Shown: positions 27,968 through 39,396 of the stretch, piece by piece | How the letters are laid out: each line of letters opens with the position of its first letter | How positions within the stretch are numbered: position 1 is the first letter of the stretch | Assembly (NCBI GenBank): GCA_000320545.1 | Contig: ADNK01001521.1 | Span: forward strand, 1-53,320 | From: Bigelowiella natans CCMP2755 | Lineage: Eukaryota; Protista; Cercozoa | DNA length: 53,320 nt | Reading direction: 5' to 3' | The notes under the pieces: model-generated | What the model saw: only the letters and a program-made list of their open reading frames with translations | Told to the model about the DNA's origin: nothing | The model's database searches: none | Made by a program: the position numbers and the translations under genes

Positions 27968-28208
27968 GAAGCATCAGTGCGGAAACTCGCACTACCCCCC
28001 CCCACCCTTCTACTATTGGACCTCTTCATTCGTAATATATACTACGAAGGGCAACAACGATCATAGCTAGCACTGCCGACACGTGTAATGTGTTCTTGAT
28101 CGGCGGTGATTAGCATGCGCCAACAGGGGCCTGTATTCCTAACAACAATCTACTGCGGTGTCAACCTGCAATTGAGATGTTACAATATAACAGGGATAAT
28201 TGTGCGAA

Positions 28209-28247
<39 letters not shown>

Positions 28248-28248
28248 C

Positions 28249-28303
28249 GAGACGGGTGTAATGAATAAATTAAATTGTTCAATTGTCACCCCAATGTAGC
28301 TGT
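28249..28303. repeat. Copy of the MITE terminal repeat next to (TA)n
   Basis: gagacgggtgtaatgaa..ttgttcaattgtcac.ccaatgtagctgt directly after a (TA)n run. Confidence 0.65.
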
Positions 28304-29270
28304 ATATGTGGCAATGTGTACATATATACATATCATGAAGAAGAACGACGACACCAAGCTTCTGTCTAGAACTGAAAAGGACTTGCATTCGCGCATGCAC
28401 GACAGGATGCCAATGCTTTCACAAGATAGCAAACATCGCGATCCCCTGTCCATTGCCATCTAATTGCCCCCACCTAGCACAATAGACAAAGTATATATCA
28501 TATATATCCACATATGCACTTGTCGCACTTGTTGCTTATTGAATCGCTGCTTGAATGGCTAGCATGTGCACAACAGACGATGAGAATAATAGACACATTA
28601 ATATCATATATTTATTGTATTGCATGTCGATCTATACTGAGATTCTTTCACTATATCACATGCATGAAATTGAACACATGACCCTTGCTAGCCTGGCAAT
28701 GCTAGAATGAGTGGAAACTACTAGACCACATGAGCGCTGTCTAGCTGTATGTATGTGCATCTGCTGTTGTTGTTGTTGTATAGTTGCATGGTTGTTGCAG
28801 TACGTTGTTACGTTGATATTGCTGTTCCTCCTTCTTCTTCTTCTGCCACACGTCTTCTTCTGCGCGCATTGGCTCATTTCATTCGTTCATGGGCCCAGCC
28901 AAAAAGGCCATGCTAGCATGAGAGAGTGCAGGGATGAATAAATATGAACAGATGGCCTGAAAACCTGAGCGATCTGCTTTCAATGCGTTTGAATCTCCAG
29001 CAGCTGGCATGCGGAAGCAACGTGCTGACAACATCTACACAATGATAGCACTGCGCGCGATGTGCAATGGAACGACCGACATGGCTACATGCATGCTTGA
29101 CAGTCGGACAAAAAAGCTTGTGATCACAATAGCTCACTATTGTCTCAATTAAGATTTACATCATGATGCCAAATGCATTCAAAGTCGCCTTTGTCTTCAT
29201 CTTCACCTTGTATCATTACTATCACCCATTACGAATGTACTCAAAGTCGCATCTGTCTCTTCCTCTATCA

Positions 29271-29751
29271 TCACCATATATTCGGTTGAAGCATGAATAA
29301 AGATTTTTCCTCCTTCTTGATCCATCTGTCGTATAATTTAGAGACAAAGTTACAAACTTAGAGATGAACTAAGAATATTCAAAATACGAGAAGGCAGAAA
29401 TTAGATGGTGAAGAAAAAGCAACACAGAACCTGAGAATCCTGTTACATGCCGTTATAGCAACCTGACGACATTTGAGCATGAAGACAAAATACACACGCA
29501 CACGCACACACGCACACAGACACACACTTTTTTGTGACACAAAAACAAGTCGTGTGGATATCGATATAATATATATGTGTGTGTGTATGTAATTTTGAAT
29601 ATTCTGCCCTGAACTATAACCAGAGCCACTGATTGACCAACCTCTTTTGGCACTAATGGGGTAAACGTGCAATAAATTTCAAATTCGCCCGGCCGAATCC
29701 AGGCTAACACTGCGCTCACATCCGACGCGTGGAAATATACCTGAGAAAGAG

Positions 29752-29789
<38 letters not shown>

Positions 29790-29863
29790 AAATGAGAACG
29801 TGCACCGTGCGTGTGTCCGTGAATCGTGTGTATATATGTTCGTGTGTGTGCTTAGTGTGCGTG

Positions 29864-29912
<49 letters not shown>

Positions 29913-29945
29913 ACGCGAGAGAGAGAGAGGAGAGAGAGAAAAGAG

Positions 29946-30016
<71 letters not shown>

Positions 30017-31985
30017 AAAATAATATCAGTGGGAAAACGTCACCTACGGACTATTGTTATTATCATTATTGCAATTGTTATTGCGACTATTCATTCTTGC
30101 CATCATCATCATCACCGTGTAGGACTTGTCGGAGTGAACGAGAGAGATCCTGTCGATAACTTTCCTATACTCGCGCATTAGTAGCTTCAGTCCTTGCCTG
30201 TGACCGACCGACAGACAATCATCACGAGAGGCTCAGGACGCCGTGTTCAAACCTAAGAGACAGTATACATAGCACACCCCCCCCCCCCCCCCAGCATGTC
30301 CCATCTATTCGATGAGAGAGAGAATGCATTCCAGCACCTCTTACAATCATTTACTTCTCCTCCTCCTCCTCCTCGTCCTACTACTACTACTTCTACTGCC
30401 GGTTTCTTGTATCACAACCTGCCTTTGAACGGATGCATGGCCCTCGGCATGATGTACTGCTTCGCACCATCAAACTTATACAGAAAGTGAACAAGCTCGT
30501 AGAAGTCCGTCTTGGTGTTAGAGACCGTCCATGGCTTATCGTTATCATTATGAAGGAGTTGATTCAATACACATACATTCGCTATCAGTCTATCCGGAAC
30601 ATGTTTTTGGAAAAAAGTCGGAAGTTCTTATCTTTCGATAAGAAATGCAGTGAAAGCAGCAGGTGATCTGCAAGCACGCCATTCATTAACCACCTTGGCT
30701 TTGATAGCCTTCTGCACTGTTCCAAGGTCGTCTGATTTGATGAGCTGCTCGACGATGCGACGTTTCACCTTGTACATTTTCATCATACATGCGTTGTATT
30801 ACACACCAACACCCACTCAAACGCGCGCGCGCAATGCATATCTTAGCATCCATGTGAATATCCCCCCCTCTCTCCCTCTCTCCCTCTCTCTGTATTTGTG
30901 TGTGTGTGTGTGTGTGTAGATTTAACGAACGATCGATAGTTTGAGGCTCATAACAAAAACAGCAACAACAACTACTACTGGTAGTAGTAGTAGTAGTAGT
31001 AGTACCTCCTAGAAGCAGACACACAAACAGAGAGATGCAAACAACTACTGCTGCTACTACTACTACTACTACTACTACTACATCAACTACTACTACTACT
31101 ACCTCTTGAAGATTGGGAAAATCTTGATTGTCGGCCGTGATGAGCGTAAGAGACAGATCTCCTTGCAAGAAGCAAACGTAGGCCCACACGTATCCCTTTG
31201 TGCTAACCTGCGGTAAACAGATCGGAGTCCAGCCTTTTGGTAGTAGCAATAGTAACAGTAGTAATAGTAATAGTAGTAGTAGCAGTAGTGGTAGGAAGGG
31301 GGGGGGGAGGGAGGAGGAGGAGGAGGAGGAGGAGGAGGAGGAGGAAGAAGGCCGTTAGAGAAGGTTCGGGGATAAAGTCAACAAAATAGAACGCCCACGC
31401 TGCGATTTCCATAAGCTGTGCGATGCATACACCCCCCCTCACCTTCTCCAGAGCGCAGGGACTGTGAGTTGTTGACGAAGTTGATGAGGAGGAGGAGGTC
31501 TGAAGGGTGCAGTACCTTATCCTAAAAGAATTATGTGTACATCTTTCTGTTTCGATACGACTCCTCGTGGCATGTGATGATCATCAAGCTGGTGATTGTC
31601 CCCTGGCCCACCTTCCCTTTCTCTCTCCCTTGCTGCATGTGTGTTGGGAGTTATGCTGTATTTCCTTGCTTCTACCAAAAAAATGAGGTTTGGAATGCGA
31701 TCGTTCTAACCTCCCCCCCCCCTTTCATGCACCAGTGGGGGGTGAAAGTTGTCTCTTTTAGCAGGGGAATATGTCCATGCAGTGGCAACGTAAAAAACAA
31801 ACTTACGGCACGTACTTTGATTCGGACGAGACTGACAACTTGTGACCCGGCGAGTAAGACGGCGAATAGAAGGTTTCTAGGACGAGAAGAGGCAAAACAG
31901 CATCCAGACACCATGAGAGTAGTAACGAAATCATAGCCTCCACAACAGATTCTTGCCCATGGTAGCATATGCGAAGCACCGATTC

Positions 31986-32032
<47 letters not shown>

Positions 32033-32862
32033 GCGTATGTTCGTGTAACAAATGTCGGAATTCCTTTTCTAAGACTATCTTAGTTAAAATCACATTTGTT
32101 AGGATTTCGCATGATGAGCATGGAAGTACTTGGTTCGGTGTGACTTGAGGGTGTTCCCAACTCTCGTCCGGCAGTCGTTGTCCAGGCGTAGGCAGTTTAT
32201 GCACTTCATGTGGTAAGCAGGGCTTTGATTTGCGTCTGAGAGAAGCTCGGTGATTAAAGTCTCTGCGGTTTCCCCCATCAACCCTCGAATATCGTACCTA
32301 TCACCCACAACAGAATCAAGTTGAAGCCTGCAAGACCGTGGCTCTTTCTCTCCCCCCCCCCCCCCTCTATCTCTAGTTCAATTACTGGGGTCTGTTCCTG
32401 AGTGTGTTGTGTATGGATCCCGTGAGAATGCTCATGATCTGGAGATGAACGTGCTCGAGTTGGATCTTGAGCTGAGCTTCTGACTCTCCAGTACAACTAA
32501 TGGCGACCAGGTATATAGGGCCTGACCATAAGTTGGTTGTATATTCACCACGCACGCACGCACGCACGCACGGGGAGCACCACCACCCCCAAATTAGTTT
32601 CTCAGAAATATTTCGTGTGTCGAGAGACGGTGTATGTCCACCATCACGCATCACACTTGGGAGCTGGCTCTTTGCAGCAGCTATAAATATGAATCGTTCG
32701 AGCAGATACCGTACCTTGTACCAAGAACACGAACTTATGCCTTCCAGCTACCAGCGAGCGCACCTATCCAATCATTCCCAGATCACAGGAGGGCATGTAT
32801 GTGCGAACACCATGCACAAATACAAATGCTCTATCTCCCTCTCTGTCTGTCAGTGTGGGTGT

Positions 32863-32912
<50 letters not shown>

Positions 32913-33109
32913 AAACGAAATTGCGTACATTGTCTTTGCATCGCTGGAAGTTGGAGATGATCGCAGATATGACGCCCATATACGCTGCGAGTTTGCTTTC
33001 GTCGCCATATCTGATAGGAAACAAATGGGAGGTATTAGGTGATTCTGTTATTGGAGAGAGAAGGCAACAAGAGAAACGATGCTGTATAGCACCACACAGG
33101 CACGCATGC

Positions 33110-33150
<41 letters not shown>

Positions 33151-33723
33151 AACAAACAAAGGGGCAGTAGCCGCAAAATCAAAAGACATAATGTGCACGC
33201 GTTCCGTGAACATGTTGTCACACCTTGAGAAAATCGGACGGCCTGCCCAACTGCATATCAGAACGTGCTTTTTGTGGCGGAACCACTCAGGATCTTGGTT
33301 ATGCTGATTGATGAATGACGTCAATTTACAAAAGTCAAGCGTGCATGATTCTACGATATTTAATTGCCGACAGATCATCCTAGATCTAATTTACTCTATG
33401 AACGCTCCACAAGAGGTCTCGATATCTCCTCTTTCCAATTTCATCATCTGACCTGGTGGCTATATCTTGTGACTTTGAGTTTCTTCTCCGTAAACAGCCG
33501 CCGTATTCTCTCCTTCTCCTCCTGAGATACGATCCAGGGCATGAGAATTTGCTACTAAAATGCTATCAGTTCTCTATGATACACCCCCCCCCTCCGGTCA
33601 TTAAAATCCACATAAGATAAATCTTCTTACAATTCACCAGGCTACACCGCTCACCTGAAGGTAAACCTCCTCCGCTGTTAAAGCCGTGGCAACTTTGCCA
33701 GGCGGAGAGGCGCTGGGATCCAT
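29271..33723 (-). CDS. MON1: Vacuolar fusion protein MON1 (SAND family), multi-exon
   Basis: WFRHKKHVLICSWAGRPIFSRYGDE, YMGVISAIIS, GPIYLVAIS..GESEAQL, YDIRGLMG, LHPSDLLLLINFV, WTPICLP..GYVWAYV and a terminal RILRWIKKEEKSLF; ATG at 33723, stop at 29271. Confidence 0.9.
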
Positions 33724-33799
33724 TGTTGAATGGCTGCCTAAATTGCAGTCGATTTTGATTCTACGACAAGAAAAATCTTGAGCTAATTTCTAGATTTTC

Positions 33800-34760
33800 C
33801 ATCTTGTTTCTAGATTCATGAGGCCTGTTTTTGCCGACTCCACATGAGTTCTGATTGTCCTCGCTTGCCAGCTTGGGCCTCGAGCCTTGCCAGGTCATCC
33901 GTCCAATGCCAAGGCAGATTGATGTGAACAACCTTCGCAGAAGATCTAGTTGCTTAGGGAGGTCAGGGATGAGTCAGCGCGACCCATCTAGCCATGCTAG
34001 CATGATCCTTTCAACGCTGGAACGCGGCGGCTTGTTCTGTTGAACCACTTCGTTCACTCGTTCAATCCCAGCGGGTGCAAAATGCTTGTTTGCAACCCCC
34101 TAGTTTTCCCCACCTTCTTGTGCGCTGTGGCGTGCGCGGGGTGATTGAAATCAATTCGAAATTCACAACATTGCATGTCTGTCACATTCTCGTGTGCGCC
34201 GTGCCAGCAGCGTGCCAGCTGCTAGCCAGTGCGATCACGCCAGCACGGCGAACAGCACACAGCACACGAGAATTTCGTGACACTTCACACAAGGTGCTCC
34301 ATGCCCAGCACAACTAGACTGCTAGTGGATGACACGCTGGCACGTTTGATCGACGATCACAGCACTAGCTAGCTAGCTAGAACAAGCAAACACGTGCTGG
34401 CATGCCAGCATGGTCATTGCCATCGCCGTGCTTCGTGTCAGCATCAATTGTGCGATTCAGTGGCATCACGATGTGCAACCAGACGACTCTAGAGCTAGCT
34501 AGCTAGGACTGGACAAGTCCAAATTGTTGCTTCACCCCCCCAGCAGCTCTAGCCCTACTAGCCTACCACACGCCTCCATCAATGTGATCGGCCACCACAA
34601 CTCTGGAACTACACTAGTGGACAATGCGACACAACACGCGCACGCACACATCGAGACATGCCTCAGCGGTAGAGCGTTGCAATTGCACGTGCATTGTGAA
34701 CAATGGTGCTGAAAGCGTGCTTGTGAAACATCGCATTGCAGTGATGATGATCGAACGTGA
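33800..34760. other. TpA-depleted, CTAG-sparing intergenic tract
   Basis: In 33841-34500 I count 15 TA: 14 CTAG and 1 TTAG, including (CTAG)4. Confidence 0.9.
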
Positions 34761-34990
34761 AAAGCGTATCGCTCCCGATTCTGCGATCTCTGCACCTTCG
34801 GTATATCGGACCATGACCCAGCGCCAATGCGTTTGCACCCGAGCATCCATGTGCCACCTCATCGTTAGTGGATGGCATTTCACGCGCAAGTAAGGTTTCA
34901 AAAGCGCGTCTCATTTAGTTTTTATCGCCCCGAGATAGTCATACCTGTGGATGTCACCACTGCCAGCCTTTGATCGTTTTTTGGCTACTT

Positions 34991-37032
34991 TCATCGAGAG
35001 ATTGCTGTAGATGCATCTACATGTACTTGTTGAAAACGACTGCAGCAGCAGCAGCAGCAGGGAAACCATTTTGCCCAGAATCTATTGTGCACATGTATGC
35101 AAGAGCAATTATCGTTTATTCCGTCTTGAGATTGTGGCAATATGTAGAAACAACTCATATGTACGTACCCGGGTATCAAGCTAAAGACAATTATGAATTG
35201 CTGGGCAAAGAGTGATGCGTACAACACGAGATCGTCCAAAAGGCGATATCTGATGGAATCATAGTACAGATGGTTGCCGGTCGATGCATGTACTACATTG
35301 AGTTCATTGTATTGTAGTGATGTGCAAACACAAAAAGTAAAATGGCTTCACCTTCTGCGATAGTACTTGTCCGCAATGAAATCACTGTAAGATCCTTCCA
35401 ACTGGATTCCTTGAACTCCAAATACCATCACGATCGTAGATATGATTATCGAACCAATTCTAAAATTACGAAGATTTTTGATGGAGACTTGAGGATGATT
35501 ATGTGGCACTATACATTGTGATGTAGAGTAGTCTCTTCAAATGTCTGCTCGTCTTTGCCAGTACATTCTTTCGCGAAGAATGCCTCTCGGAAATAATATC
35601 ATTTTTGAATCGCAGGGAAAGGTCTCGCTTATGGTGAGAACTCTTGCGATATGGAGATTGCATACCACTAACAGCGTACTCATCCTGCGGAGTAAGACCT
35701 TGGATTGAAGGGGAAGGAAACAATCTAGCTCTTCGTGAGCTATTGTCTGATAAATATAACCTCTTTAAACCAACTAGCAAGGAGAAAAGAAAATATGGAA
35801 ACATTTCACCATCTTTACAATCCTGCTTCTGGGCATGTAATGCAACTTTTGAAGGCTTCTCCATGGTTGAATTTGTGATTGCAATGACAGATTCATTTGT
35901 TATTTTATATAACCTAAGAGTAGCTATGTTATTGATACAAGAAAAGTATCACTGATTTCCTTACTTGTAGATGCTGTAGGCAACTATGAGTGAAGCAACT
36001 TGCAGCAATACTCCAGATATAAAGAGTCTTAATGCATTCCAACGTACTTCATTTCTGACTAAAATAACTACCTACAGAATAAAAGTTTAATGGAAGTCTT
36101 TGCCTTTCTGTGTAGATTACCATGGAGCCTATGATTCCAGCCAAAGACACGTATACTGTGACTTTAATAGCTGTCAAAAGCTTAGTTGGCTGAAAATTTA
36201 TTGTCAACAAAACTCTTACGAGAACGGATATATGATAATCGGTTATGGTACAAAGACCTTAAGCAGAGTAAGAGCGAGAATTTTACGTAATGCTCCATTT
36301 TGATTTTGTCGAATATCGATTAAATGAAGAGCAATCAATAGTGAATCAACCACGTAGTATCCCTACAATATGATGAATTTTAAAATGCTTGTAGTTCATA
36401 TTTTGTGGTCGAAGTATTTATTCACTTTTCGAATTTACCGATACAAGCTGGAGACAGACGGAAGAAATAATCAATATCAAATATATTTGCCAAGGCATCT
36501 CAAACGAAAGCCATGCAAATAGAACAGCTAAAATGGCACTTGATCTGAAAGATTGTAAGTGTACATAGAAAGAGTTTGAGCAATTTTTATTCTCGCTCTG
36601 TCTACATACACATATGTACATGCGTGCCCATTTCATTATTTCATTCTCCTCTATCTCCTTCATTTTTCTAAAATTAAACATCATGTTGTGATCGTCTCTG
36701 GGACAAAATTCTCAGCTGTACACGATGGAAAGCCAATGCATTGTCCTTTTCCGATTGGCATGCGTTGATGCAGGTGTTTTCACTAGAAGGATGCTGAGCA
36801 CTAGCTGGGCTATTGCTATTATCACCTGTTCAAGGTGCACAACATCAAAGCTGTCAACAACTGAGACGCAACGATGCACGCATTTGTTCGTGTGATCAGA
36901 GAAATTAAATCATGTTTGGTACATTTTTGTCATGTAGCTACTTCAGTCAAACATTCCACGGCTACAACTGATTCGTCACTGTGCAACCTTCATGGCGTTG
37001 CTCACCGCCCAAACCTCTTGAGCGGATGCCAT
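34991..37032 (-). CDS. Multi-pass (7TM-like) membrane protein of unknown function, multi-exon; boundaries tentative
   Basis: Successive GT-AG-bounded minus-strand exons encode hydrophobic helices (VIIAIAQLVLSILLV; SAILAVLFAWLSF..IYLILIISSVCL; VTVYVSLAGIIGSM; LFISGVLLQVASLIVAY; IGSIIISTIVMVFGV; LVLYASLFAQQFIIVFSL). No family motif recognised. Confidence 0.5.
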
Positions 37033-37555
37033 GATGATGGTGAGATACCCACTCGCTGAGCTAGTGAGATACCCACTCGCTGAGCTGTTGTTTTTGGTGC
37101 TAGATTGCGCGCTGCATGGAGCGAACGAGCCAGAAAGCGCTTTTGAAATTCGCGACTAGGATGATTACATGTCGCAACAAAAAGTGCCTACCACACTGTT
37201 GTGCTGCGTTTCCGGGAGCGAAAGAGCAGCTCCCCAATGCGGATTTCGATGGTTGCGACATCGACCAAAGGACAACATGGGAGGCCATTGCGTGGTCGTT
37301 TTTAGAAACCCTCGTTCAAAGAAAATGAACGTCATTGGCTAGAGCACAATCTCACGTTTGAGGGCACGCACAAGTCGCTTGTTTCGTTTCTTCAAATGGT
37401 CTCGCGTGAGCTCTGTCTCTGTCAGGTCATCCGTCCAAGTGCTGTGGTGGCTGACTGGCTGGTGGATGTGAAACAAGCCCTCGTTTTTCTGGCTTGCTTG
37501 CTGTTGAGAGAAAAGGTGAGTTGGCACTTTTGATGATCATGCCAGCTGCACCGTG

Positions 37556-37881
37556 TGTTGCGCGTAAGGTGTTCACAGGCCGAGGCGCTACGTGCACAAG
37601 TAGGCAGGGGGGGGGAAAGGCACGTTTGCTTCCTTTTGAAGAGTTGTGTTTATTTTTATTAAAGATTATATTTTTATTAAATCGTGCACTGCGTAATCAT
37701 TCGCGAAGCTTTCGCGAATGCCGCCGCACGTGGGGCAGCACACTTCCGGTGTGCTGCCATGAGTCCCGCCGGAACCCACGTGCCTATGCTGTATTAATAT
37801 CTACGTTATCTATATTCTATATCCGCGACAACCCCTTTGTTGTCGCACGTGACTTGTGCCCGCGTAGTGGTACGCGCTACA
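37556..37881 (-). repeat. 3' LTR
   Basis: Appears identical to 42879-43204; termini TGTAGCGCGTA..TACGCGCAACA form an 11-bp inverted repeat with one mismatch. Confidence 0.97.
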
Positions 37882-37890
37882 CCTCCCCCA
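37882..37890 (-). promoter_or_regulatory. Polypurine tract
   Basis: Minus-strand TGGGGGAGG immediately before the 3' LTR. Confidence 0.75.
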
Positions 37891-37932
37891 AGTCACGTTG
37901 CTCCTTCCTTCCTTCCTTATTCCCTTAGACCT

Positions 37933-39396
37933 TCATCGCTTTCGGAACTTCACCAACCACCAGGTAATAGATTCCTCTCTAACCTTATCTCCTTTGTCGC
38001 TTACCCAGAACTCACCTTCGTCCTTAGGTTCGTGTCCATACCAGCCCTCTGCATCAAGGTCCCCCAGGACCTTATACCAGTGCTCAAAGGGTAAGTCGGG
38101 AACAGCTAGGTAGAGTAGCTGATATTTTCCGTCCTTTATTTTCATAGCTACCCTCTCCATATTTCGTAATCCAGGGTAGCCTAGATAGACAATCTTCATG
38201 CGCCAATCGTCGTTCACCCTGACCTTATTGTTTCCATATTCCACATCGAACTTAGGTCGGGGTCCTAAACAAGGCATTGCTCGCTCCCACACAGTAGGGT
38301 TTACTTTAACATCCTCTAGGAGCTTCTCACCGATATCATAATTCTTTAGGTGACTGATGTGGCGCAAGGTGACCCTGTTCCCATCATAGATGTAGTACTG
38401 CTTCCTCCCCTTCCTCTCGGTAACCTTTGCAACGCCACCCCAGAAGGGGTCTTGTTTATTTCTCGATCTCAGATTTACCTTGGCCCTAACATACTGTCCT
38501 TCCTTTAGAACTCGGCCATCGTACGGGACCTTCTCGTCTTCGCTCTCGGTATCGTCGTCGTTGTCGTCGCCTTCTTCCCTCTCCTTATCCTTGATACCTC
38601 CCCCAGACGTGAAGGTGTCGTTTACTAACCCTTGTATCTTGTCTGGTGTGGTGCTATTTATCCTGCTTAGGTTGGCCAAGGTGCGGTGGAGTCGCTCTAC
38701 CTTGGAGTTGGACTGGGCATAGTATACAGGTGAGGCATCAATATTAGGGTGTGGTAGCTGTAGAAGAGAGGTCTCATTATCCACATGTAACTTCTTTGGT
38801 ATCTTGTTTATGCTAACTTCATCAGGGATAGCCTGGAGCTCAGACTCCCAGGTACGGTAGCAGTTAGTAAGCCTCTGCTTATATAAGCCTTTGTTCTTCT
38901 TAGCAACGTTGACCTTGATAATCTTTTTAACCCAGCACTTTCCAGTGGCCACATCAACGAAGGTAAGGTAGTGATAGCCATCGTACTTATAAACATCAAT
39001 TTGCACGATATCTAAGAAGTTCCTTGCTTTGATTTTCTTAGATGCACGGCTCTTGCTGGACTCCTTGGTGGCGACGCCTGCCGCCTTCAAGCTGGAGCAC
39101 CTGCAGCCACGCAGGTATGTCCTTATCTCTTTTAGCTTGTAGGGCCAGTAGTAATGGTAGAGTAGAGCAGTGATATGGTTTTCTCCTACGTGTGCAGGTC
39201 CATGGGCGGTAAAGAGAAGGGCTCCCCTGGTCCGCCGTGGCACGTAGGTACGCCTAACATTATTAGTGTATACATATATCCTATCACTAAGTACCTCATG
39301 CTTGTGTTTGTATTTATCCAGGTGTTCTTGAAGGTGCTGGAGCTCCTCTGGCTCAGGCAGGAAGTCGCCGTCCTCGAAGGTAATCGCGTTAACCAT
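37933..39396 (-). CDS. Retrotransposon integrase (HHCC, DDE core, GPY/F-like region) with a C-terminal MTase-like extension
   Basis: HGPAHVG..YYWP..CRC; IVQIDV..LTFVD..LHVDNET..QSNSKVERLHRTL; KQDPFWGG..RHISHLK; then ~135 extra aa. Confidence 0.9.
   Translation of the reverse strand: MVNAITFEDGDFLPEPEELQHLQEHLDKYKHKHEVLSDRIYVYTNNVRRTYVPRRTRGALLFTAHGPAHVGENHITALLYHYYWPYKLKEIRTYLRGCRCSSLKAAGVATKESSKSRASKKIKARNFLDIVQIDVYKYDGYHYLTFVDVATGKCWVKKIIKVNVAKKNKGLYKQRLTNCYRTWESELQAIPDEVSINKIPKKLHVDNETSLLQLPHPNIDASPVYYAQSNSKVERLHRTLANLSRINSTTPDKIQGLVNDTFTSGGGIKDKEREEGDDNDDDTESEDEKVPYDGRVLKEGQYVRAKVNLRSRNKQDPFWGGVAKVTERKGRKQYYIYDGNRVTLRHISHLKNYDIGEKLLEDVKVNPTVWERAMPCLGPRPKFDVEYGNNKVRVNDDWRMKIVYLGYPGLRNMERVAMKIKDGKYQLLYLAVPDLPFEHWYKVLGDLDAEGWYGHEPKDEGEFWVSDKGDKVREESITWWLVKFRKR

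Noticed and set aside
37494-37928. Matching ORFs at 37494 and 42862
   Set aside because: They are antisense translations of the two LTR copies, not genes.
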